Shown in pieces: positions 13,421 through 26,620 of a stretch of 64,000 bases of DNA. The stretch comes from the human T2T-CHM13v2.0 reference genome, Homo sapiens. Every line of letters begins with the position of its first letter. Within the stretch, counting starts at the first letter, position 1. Where the stretch lies: NCBI RefSeq assembly GCF_009914755.1, contig NC_060931.1. One strand, 5' to 3'. The notes below the pieces were generated by a model that saw nothing but the letters and a program-made list of their open reading frames with translations, was not told where the DNA came from and searched no databases. Made by a program: the position numbers and the translations under genes.

Positions 13421-15454
13421 TATTCTTTCTTTTCTCCTTGACTTCATATCTTCACTTTAAGTTGCAATATCAAAGGTCTGACAGGGAACTTAGATCTTCC
13501 AGTTGATCCAATGGAAGAGATTCTTAAGAGATTCTTACGTGTTTGGCCAAGCTCACATCTTCGACTTTCTATGATACAGATGGATCTTTTAGAGCTAAAG
13601 GGATACTGTAGAGTCTATGGAAACATCTGTGCTTAGAGAATTATTTTCTGGCAACTCTCTTTCTGCAGCTCGGTAAGTGTCTCTTGAGCAATTCTATAAT
13701 TTCAAGAACCATACATGTGCCAGCAATGTTGCCAATGCAACCAAGAAAGCCTAGAGTGGTGGTCTACATTCCTAGAAATCATCTTTACTGGTGGTTTCTC
13801 ACATTTGAGCAGACTTTTGTAGCAGCAGGAAATGGAATCCTTCCATGTGACCCCATTCAAACCTGACCAAATCCCTCCATCAGATCTGCTAATACCTGTC
13901 TTCCTGTACAGGAAAATCTGGGCTTGGGGAATAAGGGTGGATCCGGCTTTACACCAAGAACAGCTTGCTTTTTCCCCCTTAAGGTTTATTTTCAAGACTT
14001 AAAGCTATTTGAAAGTTCAGTTTGTTTGTGGCAGAGGCGGGGCTGTTGTGATTTGGTTTGGTTTTGGTGGAAAGAATAGTGTGACCAGAATTCTCACACC
14101 AAAATTTCCACTGCAGTCCTACCTGGGGCCACTGAGTGACATCAGGAGGGCCACCCATCCTCTTTGAGCAAACTTTCTTCCTGTTTTTATTAAATGATGC
14201 CTTTTGGTAATTTGCCTCACAAACACATCATAAATGAAGAAAAAGAGATAGGCTACACGGTACTTACGTAACTTTTGAAAAAACATTCTGCATAATCTCA
14301 GATTGGTAGATGTTCTGCACAATCTCAGAGTGAGGTACCACCAAAATTCCACAGGTTCTTAAGTGGTCCCCCAAAAGGCATGCAATATGCCCCAACTGCC
14401 AGGACATAATTACCAAGGATTTCAAACAGATCCAGCAGGATGTGCGTGATCACAAAGGCAATTTCACCGATGGTTTCTATATTTAATGTTTATTGATCCA
14501 AAAATAAAAATAACCTGATACAAAACAAATTATACATACATTGCAGGTTTGAATGGAAGTTAAAAAATACAGGGGGGGATGATTGCTAATAGACCAAAAA
14601 ACCAAACCCTACTTCCTCTGGTAATGACTCCTAGTTGAAGGCTGGACACAGTATTTTCAGTTCAGTTTGTCCACGTGGTCGTTTTCTAAAGATTGCTCAA
14701 GAAGGAACTCTGAGTGCCTTCATAACCTTCCTTGAGAACCTGGACAGAGGGTAACGGAAGGTAGCAGAGAGATGCTGCCCCTTCTGGCTATCTGAGGCTG
14801 CCTATGTCAGAGCACACAGCTTCCAGCTCTGGAAGTACCAAAAGCTGAAAATACTTCTCACCAGCAGAACAGGCAATCAACACAAATGAATAAACAGACA
14901 AATGAATGAATTTGTGAAGCACTAATTATTTTTGTATACATTTCTATACTTTGATCTGTGCTTTGATTTTCCACTTTACACAGCTGTTTTAAAGTCTGAT
15001 CTGCATGAAGTGAATTTCTAAAAAAAAAATTAAACACTATTTTGTAGGAGACCTATGTTTCAGATTTAATCTGAGCTTCTCAAACTGAAATTTCCATGTT
15101 CATATGATTAACATGGATATTTTATAATAAAAAGTTGGATACAAAACCTGCAGGAATTTTTTAAATAAAATTGGGACTTCAAAGAAATATTGTGTTACCA
15201 GTATGTGCTTTGGGCAATATCATCACATTCTCTTGTTTGCTATTTGGGTATCCGGAGGGGTATGTTTTACGATGCAGTGTTTGGGATATAAGAATGACTG
15301 CATGATAGATGGGTGGGAAGGATAGAATTCTATTCTGGTGACCCTGGGTAACACACCTACCAGCCTTGCATACAGATAAGTAAAACGTGATACTGGAATT
15401 GCATTTCGCTAGCTATTTACACCATCTGTAAATACTGGCAGACACTTCTATGCT

Positions 15455-15850
15455 GCATTCTCTCCAGTTGCCCCTCCAGATCCATTCTCCACCCTTCTCC
15501 ACACTGCTGGGTGCTCCAGGAAGCTAATCCCTAAGAACCGCATCCTGCCCAGACCCTCTGGCTTCCCTCTAGTCTCAACCAATGGTAAGCATCAGCAAGA
15601 GATGCAAGGGCGGGCAAAGGTGGGAGGAGGGAGAGCCTGGGGTTCTGGTTCCCCTGGCTATCTCCCAGCCAGCCACCACCAGCAGCCATCTCATCCCCTT
15701 GCCTTTCAGGTGGCCCCAATAATTGCATCTCCTCTCCATATGCTTTGATAAAAGCTCCCTCCCCTTGCTTTTAGGCCTGGGGAAAAATGTCCCCAGCAGC
15801 CTCCACTGCCCCTAAATCCCTTGCTGGTTTCCCATAACCCTCCCCACAGA
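15455..15850 (+). mobile_element. LTR33-like ERVL solo LTR
   Basis: ttgcccctccagatccattctccacccttctccac ... ccctctggcttcc ... ccaatgg matches recalled LTR33. Confidence 0.65.
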
Positions 15851-16170
15851 GAATCTAGAAATAGAATTTGGGTCTCAAAATTCTTAGCTCAAAATCTTCC
15901 ACTACCTTTGTACACTTAAACTATGAGAAGTAATGAATTAAAACAATCCAACACACTCCTAAAAAAGCATCACTGTGCGTTACGGTGTAGAAACGGTGCA
16001 GAAACAAACTGGTACAATTCACCAGACCAAAAACAACTTGCATGCTAAGCAAGCCTGAGTATACTAATCCCACAACAATGGGGTCTGCCAATCACACACT
16101 TTTCAGGAACATAAGCCCTGCAGTTGACAAAGGATAATTATTAAAAAGTGTTTAGTAGGATGTGTTCAGC

Positions 16171-17101
<931 letters not shown>

Positions 17102-17127
17102 TGTCCTTTGACTGGAGGTATCTAAAA

Positions 17128-17791
17128 TGAAGTGGCATCATTCATCTGGGGTAATATCCAAGGTTCATTGTCCCATGCCAAGGAAATCAAGGTTATGAAC
17201 ACACAAGGAGTGAGGTTAAGAGAGGAGGTTTAATAGGCGAAAGAAAGAGAAAAGCTCTCTGCTGCAGAGAGAGGGGGTCCCGAGCAGGTCTTCTGGTCCA
17301 TAGTGAAATGCAGATTTTATAGATGAGCTTGAGAAGGCAGTGTCTGATTTACATAGGGCACAAAAGATTGGTTGGACAAGGTGTGCCACTTGCACACGTG
17401 AAGAACTGGTTAGGACTAGGTGTGCCGTTTGCATAGTGCACAAACAAGCTGGCTGCCTCACCCTAATCTTTTATTACGCAGTTGAGTTGTCTACGTGGCC
17501 AGTGCCATGTTGTCTGCTTTTTCACTGTGGTAACAAAGAAACAGAAGATGGATCCTCCATGTTGAACATGCCTGGTTCTCAGGTAGCCCTTTTCTATTGG
17601 CACAGCTGCCGGCATTCACCTGTGCAAGCTTCCAGCTTGCTTATCTATGTTGGCAGCTCAATTTTTCAGGCTGATTGTTTTTAGAAAAGCAATGATTTAG
17701 GGGCTTTGTTTTTTGTTAAAAGGGAAGCCTTGCTGAGGACTCCTTTACCCTCACTATCTGCCTAAATAATTTATTTCTAGCTGCTGTATCA
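17128..17791 (-). mobile_element. ERV1-class solo LTR (LTR27/LTR28-like)
   Basis: TG...CA termini. Minus strand starts TGATACAGCAGCTAGAAATAAATTATTTAGGCAGATAGTGAGGG; ATTAAA at 17234-17229. Family name uncertain. Confidence 0.72.
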
Positions 17792-17949
17792 AAAGGGCAG
17801 AAGTTGTTTTCCCCTTTTAATGACTGCAAGACTTATCACAAAAGTTTACACAACATAGCTTCATCATTATTGGTAAGATGTTGATTTTCCTCCATTGAGA
17901 ATGCAAGGCAATCACAACCAATTTCATAGGTACATAAGAGACAAGGTAC

Positions 17950-18080
17950 ATAAGATCTGGCTCTTTTGAAGAAATTAACAAGCTAATTCTCAAAATCACC
18001 TGAAAAGGAAGAAGATGCAGAATAGTCAAAACAATTTTTGGGAAAAAGGAGAATAAAGAAAGGATGCTACATCCCACTCC
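17950..18080 (+). mobile_element. Old L1 (L1M) ORF2 fragment
   Basis: gaaattaacaagctaattctcaaaatc ... gaatagtcaaaacaatttt. Confidence 0.6.
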
Positions 18081-18804
18081 AAAGCTCTTCAGAGACAAGA
18101 AGCCCAACCTTCAGAATACAAAACTGAAAATGTGATGAGTTATTTCTGCCCTGCTAAAAAGGTAGTTTCATTCAAAACCTTTGACCCTAATACCTAGAAA
18201 AGACTAAGCATAGTAAAACTAAACAACCACAAACAACTAACTTCCTATGAGCCTTATTTCATGTCCACAGGGAAATCAAATCCCACATATGGTCTTGGTG
18301 TAAAGCACAGGGGCTGTAAGGTATTAGAAAAATCGGTGTAGAAAAAAGCTGGACTGTTTTCAGAAAAATGACCAACCATGTTACTAAGACAAAACCTCTC
18401 TCTATGGACTGCATTCTCACAAGATAATTACTTTAGATTCACCAGATATACTGGTTCTACATCTTATTATATGAAATAATATGGAAGTATTTCTCTGCCT
18501 TCTATTTAAAATGATCGAGATATGTTTGCTTTCTAAAACTTTAGGTTTTGTTATTCCACTCCTGTGTATCTGTTAAAGCCATAATTTACAACACTTAATA
18601 TTTTATTAGTGAGAACATTGAAAGAATGTTGTTGTCTGATCAATACAACATCCTGGTTATCCGAAAGGAGTAAACACTTCCAACTCTTGTTATAGCATAG
18701 CTTCCAAGAATAAGTTAGTCATCTTGATGAATGTATGAAGCAATAAGTATGCTGATTCTTTATTGGATGAAATCCTTTCATTCCCTTACATTTCCTCCCC
18801 TAAA

Positions 18805-18958
18805 TCCTTGCCACTTAAAGTGGGTCCTCACACCAGCATCAGCCTCACCAGGGAGCTTGCTAGAAATGCAGTATCTCAGGCCCTATTGCACAGTACAATC
18901 CACAATTTAACAAGATTCCCATGCAATTCATCTGTGCACTAAAGTTTGGAAAGCCTGT
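18805..18958. mobile_element. MER5A DNA transposon
   Basis: cagcatcagcctcaccagggagcttgctagaaatgcag ... aaagtttggaaagcctg. Confidence 0.75.
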
Positions 18959-19144
18959 TCTAAATTACAAACTCAATGTCAAGCCCTACAGGTAAATGGA
19001 GGAACCAACGTCATTATTCTGGGCATTTGATGTTGATGCAGACAAAGATCAGATAATCAAATTGAAGCTGTAATGATCACACGATACACCACAAATGCTG
19101 GTTATTAAAATACATGCATGATCTCTGTTTCGCATTTCCCTCAT

Positions 19145-19335
19145 TCTTTTTTAAAATTATTTTTATAGATTTTGGGTATATAAGTGTCATTTTGTTACAT
19201 GGATATACTGCGTAGTGGTGATGTCTGGGCTTCCAGTGTAACCATCACCTGGATAGTGTGTATTGTACCCATTAGGTAATTTATCATCCCTCCTCCCTCT
19301 CCCACCACTCACCTTTCTATGTCTCCAATGTCTAT
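19145..19335 (-). mobile_element. L1 (L1PB/L1MA-type) 3' end
   Basis: ttttgttacatggatatactgcgtagtggtg ... tgtacccattaggtaattt. Confidence 0.75.
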
Positions 19336-21514
19336 TTAAGCAGAGGACGGAAATATTTCCAAATGCTTAAGTGTTTTGGATGGTTGGCTGGGTTTCGGTT
19401 GTTTGTAGTTTAATTTGCATTTTAATGAAGCCATCACAATTAGATTTGTATAAAAAGATGATTCCGCAAATCTCCACAGGAAGTGGAATCATTCTGATTA
19501 GTCACATTTTTCACATTTTTGTCGTAAAAATGTGAATTAAATTTGAATATCTGGCTCAGTGACACTCAAAAACTTCACATAAATGAAACAGTAACATCCA
19601 TGAAGCTATTCCTGACCATGACCCAAAATGATAAACCATCAGTGGCTTGCTCAAAACCCCTGTGGATGATCCTGCCCTTTCATGTGGAAACAACAACTGA
19701 AACCAGATGAGCTGCACCTGGTTTTGGATTTCAGCACCACTGTTTCAAGCAACTCAGATTACAAGCAGGGGATTTTAACATCAGGCAAATCTATGTCAGA
19801 TTTCCTACGATGACTTTTTACATAAAATAAGAAATAGGCTTTAACTCTATCTTGTGTGCCATAGCATCATTAACAATGAACCAATCTTCACTTCTTCCTC
19901 CAAAACCTAAGGAACAATCAGCAACCAAATCCCTCCTCAGCAAGTGGCTGTGAACAAGGCACCATGTCTGCCCTGTTCTGATCATCTGCAAATAGGAAGA
20001 ATAGTCAATGCTTCTTTCACATTTACAGTTGAAGTAAATGCAGGTTTTCTCTCCCCATCATTTATTGCCTTCTTTCTTTTTTCCTTTCCCTCCTCACCTC
20101 CTATTAGGAGTCCCCAGACTTTGTTAGCATACAGTATATTTAAATTATGCTGCGAAAAGTGGCCAGTATTAGAGAAGAAACTTTCATTTTGTATAAGTGT
20201 CTGTCTAAAGAGTCTGAAGGGCTACACATCCTCCAAGAATGCCCAGGACCTAAATAGTGCAAATACCTTCCCCCACGGCCCATGGACCCAGGGATGTGAG
20301 TGGAGAGCCAAAGGGATGCTAAGGAAAGAGGAGAGAGGAAAAGAGAAACAGAAAGAATGAGGGAGAGAAACATCCGTGGCTGCACATCCCAGGTAGGCTG
20401 CCTATGAAATGTTAAGCAACAAACTGTTAGAAAATTGGAAAAGTAAAGAAATGTCTGCATGACACTCAGGAATTAACATGGGTGCAAGAGCAACTGAAAT
20501 GCACTTCCTTTTAAATTCCTAAATTCCTTTGTAATTTAGAATATGGAGTGGACATACACTGTCCTCAGTGTTGAAGGCCAAACTAAAGGATTACATAACT
20601 AGTTGGAAAAACAAAAGATAAAAAGTGTACATTTAAATAATTCACTCTCAAAGAAAATTATCCAGGAAACCAGAAAACTTCATACAGACTTAATATGCCA
20701 AGTACATTTTGAATCTCCAAGAGGAAGATGCAGAATGCAGTGTTCTCCAATTTTTCTTTTCTGACAAGAGAACCCTTTTGTCAAAAATGAGTATCCTGCA
20801 AGACTAATCTGTACCAAATGGACTTGGAGGGAACTCTGGGCCACACCATAGAGATCCAGACCCCAGGACCCCCTGCACTTCAGAAACAGAGCTCCTTGGC
20901 CTGGCTGGCATAAGGACCAGCTGGCAGGCTTCTGATGCAGGAGGTCTGCACAGATCATTTGGATGAGCACCAGAACTGCTCTCATTTGCCAGATATGGGC
21001 AAATCCCTATGCATATTCCATAGGAGTAATTATTTTAATTTAATACCCAATTTATACAACACCCAGAAGTAAGCAACATGAACTAATAATTAGATGTCTT
21101 GATTTTACCAAGTGCAAGCTCTATCACCTGGAATAAGTCACCAAGGCTCTGTGAGCCTCCTTTCCTCCTCTGTTTACTGACCTGCATCTCCAATCAGGGT
21201 CCTGAAGACCACTTGTGCCCAAACACAATCTCTACATTATAATCCCTGCCAGGTGTATGTCAGGTTACTGGGATGCACACATCAGCACCATTAATTTCCC
21301 TATGTAAATAATTCAATATCAGCCAGGCTCAAATAAGGGAAGGGAAGAGCTTTGGAGAAGGTTCATGACCTTGACCCTGTTCTGCCAAGTAGAAGCTAAA
21401 GTTTTCTCATCTCCTCCTCTTCTCTTTCTCTATCGCTCTTTCATGATGCAAGTGACAACTAATTAAATAAAACTATCTGTGAAATACATGTGCATTGAGA
21501 CCTCCCAGAGACAA

Positions 21515-21965
21515 AGATGCAACCTTCTGCCAGCCCCAAATCCAATCTCTGCTGTTCCCTGTGCCCAGGGGAACGGACCCAATGGACTGCATTACCCAGG
21601 TTCCCTTGATCTTAACTTCCTGTAAGCCAGTGGGAGAGGCACCAGCAGGAGAGGAAAGGTCAGGCCCTGCTCCATCCTGCTTTGAACTATTTCTGGCAGT
21701 CCCTAGGTCAATTCATACCTGTCTGGAGACCTCTCCTTTATGACTTCTGATCTCACTGGGACCAGTTGTACCATTTTCTCTCCTTGCCTCTTCCGGCCTT
21801 GCAGTGGTTATAGCTTCATGCTATTGTTACTGGTCTTTGGGGGCCTCAACTCCACTGTGGATTCCCTTAACACTTCCCACACTTCCACAAACACTCCATG
21901 CAGTAAAGCCTCTTGAACCATCTGTGCTGAACTCTGCTTCCTGCCTGCCGAGCTCTGGCTGATAG
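21515..21965 (+). mobile_element. LTR33-like ERVL solo LTR
   Basis: ctgtgcccagggg...atggactgcatt...gggagaggcaccagcaggagag; ends ctgcttcctgcc...ctggctgata. Confidence 0.6.
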
Positions 21966-22989
21966 AGTCCCAGACCATCTCTGGCCCTGGGGATCATCAC
22001 TGTTCCAGTGTACCCATCCTGAACCCAAGGGGGCTGCAGACAACCATTTTGTAGTTTTAAAACACACATGCAAATATACATAGTCACGGAATAAAAAACG
22101 ATGTCTGGAAATAGGTTACTGAGGGATCACACGTGCCATTTTAAAGCACATCAAGCAGTGTGCATTTAAATATACATTACACTGAGTTAAAATTCTAAAG
22201 TCCTAATTGCAAAACAAGCCTGCACCCAAGGAAGGACAACAGATATTTATTCAGATTAAATATTGTCCTCCTGAGCTTTCATTACACTTCATGGGGCCTT
22301 GAGTATTGCCAAAATTTGATTTCTGTAAAATAAAACTCCAAAACTCAAATTGATACACATTGGAGCCTGGTGGTTTTCACAGCAAAGCCCTCTGGGCAGG
22401 GCTGGAATCACATGCTTGGAGTCTCATCCTCCAACCCTGCAGGCTAAAAAAGAGTTTGGTTTTGGCTACAGATAAAAAAGACAGATCATTTCCTGGTTTC
22501 ACCAGAGTTGTTAGGAGTATTGAGCTTATTAGAGAATTTACAACCAAAGAGCTGGGGCTCTTTAAGCATCACTAGACTCTGCCTCCAAAAGAGCACTCCT
22601 CATAAGGTGCTGGGGGCCTTAGTGACCCGCAGCCCCAGCTGCATCGTTTCTGCCACATCACATTCCATTGTCCACACTCCTCCAATTCCCCTGCCTGGCT
22701 GGGACTAGCTTCCTGACACCAGGAAGATGCACAGAGCCACATTCTGGGCATTTTCATCAAGCCTACCCAAGCCTCTTTCCCTTTGAAGCCCATGAAGAAT
22801 CTTGGATTTGTGCACATTATGATTTCTGGTGGCTTCCCAAATTCAGCAGATAACCAGGTAAATCTGAAGCTCAAGTAACTCCAAATGCATCCTGGGCCTT
22901 CCTGTCTGCTCCATGTGTATGTCTCAGAAGAATTCACAATCATGTTCTATAGAAGGCTAAAATCAGTAAATGAGCGTTTTTGTGAAGTC

Positions 22990-23230
22990 ACAATGTGATT
23001 AGCCTTTCTGGAGTACACTTTGGCAGCATTTATCAAAATCCCTTAAAATGTCTATACTTATTGACCCAGCAATCCTACTTCTATAAATATGCTTTAAAAA
23101 AAATCAAAGATATGCCCAAAGATAAGACTACAAGAATGTTCATTATAAATACTTTACTTATAATAGCAAAACAGTAATGGCAAACTAAATATCCAAAAAT
23201 AGTTAGTTAAATATATTACTGGCATTTCCA
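22990..23230 (+). mobile_element. Old L1 (L1ME) fragment
   Basis: cctttctggagtacactttggca ... ttgacccagcaatcctacttcta. Confidence 0.65.
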
Positions 23231-23769
23231 CTTCTTAAATTATGAGTGGGCTAGAAACCCAGAACAACTCTCCAACTCAAAATTTCCAGACAAAATATAA
23301 GCTTGTTTTCAATGCATTGCTGAGCTAGCAGAAAGTCAGGAATTCCACAAGGCCAATAAAATGGTCTGGGAGGCTTTAGCCCAGAGGGCATCTTCCACTG
23401 TTTTGACAGCTGCACTGGTGGGACCAATCAGATATAAAGTTTAGATACGGCTAAGCCAGAGTGAGAAGTCTACCAGGAGATGCACACCCTCTTCTCCCCA
23501 ACCTTAACCTGCATAAGGTTAAGACCCCAAGGGGTTACACTTTCAATGTGAATTAAGGTACCTGTAAATGGTGAATTAGAATTATACCTGTCCCCAGAAG
23601 GAGAGCATAAAGAAAAGTTGCCTGTTTTGACCTGGCTATTGGGGGAAGTGGAAAGAAACCCTTTCCTTGAAGTGGTGAGCACAACTTGGCCATGGCATTT
23701 GAGGTCCACAGTCCCATGTCAGGGCAAGAGTTAGAATCTCAAGTGGAGAATTTCATTTAATGCAGTCCT

Positions 23770-24043
23770 TTGGGAGACCAGTGAACAATCACTTGAGGCC
23801 AGGTATTCAAGACCAGCCTGGGTAGCATAGTGAGAACCTGTCTCTAACACAATTTAAAAAAAAAAAAAAATTAGCCAAGCATGGAGGCTTACACCTGTAG
23901 TCCCAGCTGTGGGTAGGAGGATTGCTTGAGCCCAGGAGTTTGAGGCTACAGTAAGCTATGATCATGCCACTATACTCCAGCCTGGGTGGCAGAGAGAGAC
24001 CCTGTCTTTAAAAATAATAAATACATACATTCATAAATAATAA
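23770..24043 (+). mobile_element. AluJ, 5'-truncated
   Basis: Alu arms with J-type 'gaggctacagtaagctatgatc'; flanks taatgcagtcct / taaagcagttct. Confidence 0.88.
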
Positions 24044-24469
24044 AGCAGTTCTGAGCTTATGAATTCATAGTCCCCTCATTGATGGTACCTGCAAGGGCTG
24101 GCCTTGACAAACAAAAATCTCCTCTGGAGGAATTTAACTTCAGCCCCATCTTCAAAGAATTCCCATGTGTTAGGTTCTAAGGAATATTATAATAAGGAAT
24201 GCTAGGCTTAATAATAAATTCATTTCCAGAATCTTCATAAACACAGGAAAATATTCACAGTATTTTACTATGTGAAAAATTCTGTATGATAATAAGAAAA
24301 TTATAAAAATTAGATAGATCTGAAGGCTATGAGCAAGTATGTTTCCACTGCCTAAAGTCAACAGGGATCAAATTATGGGTTTTCCCACTTTTTTCTCATA
24401 ATTTGTAGTGTTTTCCAAATGTTCTATAAGCATATATACTTTAGATATTAGAAAAAAAATTTATTGAGA

Positions 24470-24745
24470 AAGCCAAATACCACATGTTCTCACTTATAAG
24501 TGGGAGCTGAGCATTGGGTACACATGGACATAAAGATGGCAACAACAGACAATGGGGACTCCTAGAGCTTGTGGGGAAGGAGGAGGGAAGGAGGAGGCTA
24601 AACTAACTATTGGGTACTATGTTCAGAATCCACTGTACCCTAAACCTCAGTATCACACAATATACCCAGGCAACAAACCTGCACATGTACCCCCTGAATC
24701 TAAAATAAAACTGGAATAAATAAAATAAATATTAAAAATAAAAAT
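24470..24745 (+). mobile_element. L1PA15/16-like 3' end with A-rich tail
   Basis: catgttctcacttataagtgggagct ... aacctgcacatgtaccccctgaatctaaaataaaa. Confidence 0.85.
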
Positions 24746-25249
24746 CAAAAGAAGATAAAATTAATTGTTTTAATTTGAAAAGAAAAAGAAAGCTATTCAA
24801 CAAAACAGCCTTGAAAAGAACATCCCAACCTTTAAAAAAATGTGATCGAATTCCTGCTATCTTTTGGTTCCCCTAAAGAAAATACTAGCCGAAGCACTGA
24901 TGTGAGCATTGTATAATTTTACTGTTATTAGACACCTGCTGTATGCCAGACCCTGCTAGGCATAAGAGGAAAAAAAATGAATGAGAAACTGCCCAGGCCT
25001 TCAGGAGCTCACAGCTGAGATGGGGTTTCAGAAATGAAGTAAGTGTAAAGCCCAGTGTGCCTGACGGGCTCACTCACCAGATATGGGGAGATACCAGCGA
25101 AGGCCCTCACTCACTGTAGTCCCGCAGTCAAGGAGGGCTTTCAGCCTTCTTCTTAAAGGATAACTGGGGGCGACTCAGGCAGAAGGGAAGGGAAAAGGTG
25201 CTTCTGGCAAAGGAGAAAGCACATCATTCACACCACCCTCCACTCCTGC

Positions 25250-25560
25250 ACTCTCTGCCCCCTGCTCTGCTTTATTTTTCATCACAGCAAATGTCACTAC
25301 ATTATTTATGTAGTTGTTTCCTCATTTGGTATCTGTTTCCCAATTCCACTGTAAGTTTCATGAGGGAAAGGGCTTTGTCTGGTATACCGCTATCCCCATT
25401 ATGTGCTAGACATAAAGACGGCAACAACAGACACTGGGGACTACCAGAGTGGGAGGGACGGAGGATGGCAAGAGGGGAAAACTAACTCTTGGGTACCATG
25501 CTCAGTATCTGGGCGTACATATGCTTAAGCAAATTGACTTGGATGAATGAATGAAAGAGA
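25250..25560 (+). mobile_element. L2 3' end, interrupted by an L1 fragment
   Basis: actgtaagtttcatgagggaaaggg...tatcccca ... ggatgaatgaatgaa. Confidence 0.65.
25409..25514 (+). mobile_element. Internal L1PA16-like 3'UTR fragment, no poly(A)
   Basis: gacataaagacggcaacaacagacactggggactacc...aactaactcttgggtaccatgctcagtatctggg. Confidence 0.8.
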
Positions 25561-25893
25561 GGCAAGAAAGAGAAGCATGAGCGTAGAACGATACTATGCT
25601 TCAGTTCATTGTCTTCGGACCACAACACCAAATTCCCAAGAGCAACAGGGATCCCTTGAGGAGGACAAGGGGATGATATGGTCCAGGACAGCTGTGTAGA
25701 GGACTGATTTGGGGTGGGAAACAAGGGAAGCATGGGACAAAACAGCAGGCAAGAAAGAGAAACTGAACAAAGGCGCGGGAATAGCTATATCCACTCATTC
25801 ATCCCACAACTACTTAAACTACACGTGATTACATGAAAGTGACACAGCTATAGTAGTTATCACAGCCATGGGTATAGTAGTTCCTAACCCAGG

Positions 25894-26274
25894 TGATGTG
25901 GTTTGGCAGTGTCCCCACCCAAATCTCATCTTGAATTGTAGTTCCCACAATCCTCACATTTTGTGAGAGAGATGAGGTGGAGATAATTGAATCATCAGGG
26001 TGGTTTCCCACTATCCCTGTTCTCATTGATAGTGAGTGAGTTCTCACAAGTTCTGATGGTTGTATAAGGGGCTTTCCCCTTCACTGGGCACTCATTCTTC
26101 TCCTTGCTGCTGCCACGTGAAGCAGGATGTGTTTGCTTCCCCTTCGGCCATGATTGTAAGTTTCCTGAGACCTCCCCAGCCATGCTGAACTGTGAGTCAA
26201 TGAAATCTCTTTCCTTTATAAGTTTCCCAGTCTCTGGTATGTCTTTATTAGCAGCATGAGAACAGACTAACACA
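25894..26274 (+). mobile_element. THE1 (THE1C-like) MaLR solo LTR with 5-bp TSD CCAGG
   Basis: tgatgtggtttggcagtgtccccacccaaatctcatcttgaattgt ... agcagcatgagaacagactaacaca; CCAGG on both sides. Confidence 0.92.
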
Positions 26275-26401
26275 CCAGGCCCTGCTGTAATCTCTGGAGA
26301 TAACGGCTGTGAACAAGACAAAGGCCCTCCTCCATGGAATTTATATTCTCTTGTGAGAGACAGTTAAAAAAAATTGAATAAAATAATTTTAAATAGTAAT
26401 T

Positions 26402-26620
26402 CATCCCAGCACTTTGGGAGGCTGAGGCAGGTGGATTGCCTGAGCCTAGGAGTTTGAGACCAGCCTGGGTAACATAGCAAAACCCAGTCTCTACTAAAAA
26501 TAAAAAAAAATTAGCCACGCATGGTGGCACACGCTGTGACCCCAGCTACTCAGGAGGCTGAGGTAGGAGGATTGCACTCCAGCCCGGGTGATAATGAAGC
26601 CCTGTATCAAAAAAAAAAAA
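26402..26620 (+). mobile_element. Alu (AluJ-like), 5'-truncated, with ~45-bp deletion in the right arm
   Basis: Right arm jumps from ggagattgc directly to actccagccc. Confidence 0.85.

Noticed and set aside
13515-14332. Small tandem duplications (aagagattctt x2 at 13515; 27-bp period at 14286; also 21-bp at 42331 and 15-bp at 48629)
   Set aside because: Ordinary two-copy slippage events with no array or spacer structure; not CRISPR-like.
19730-19750. TTCAGCACCAC, the left half of an RE1/NRSE (REST) site in a neuronal gene
   Set aside because: The right half GGACAG is absent (reads TGTTTC); a lone half-site is weak evidence.
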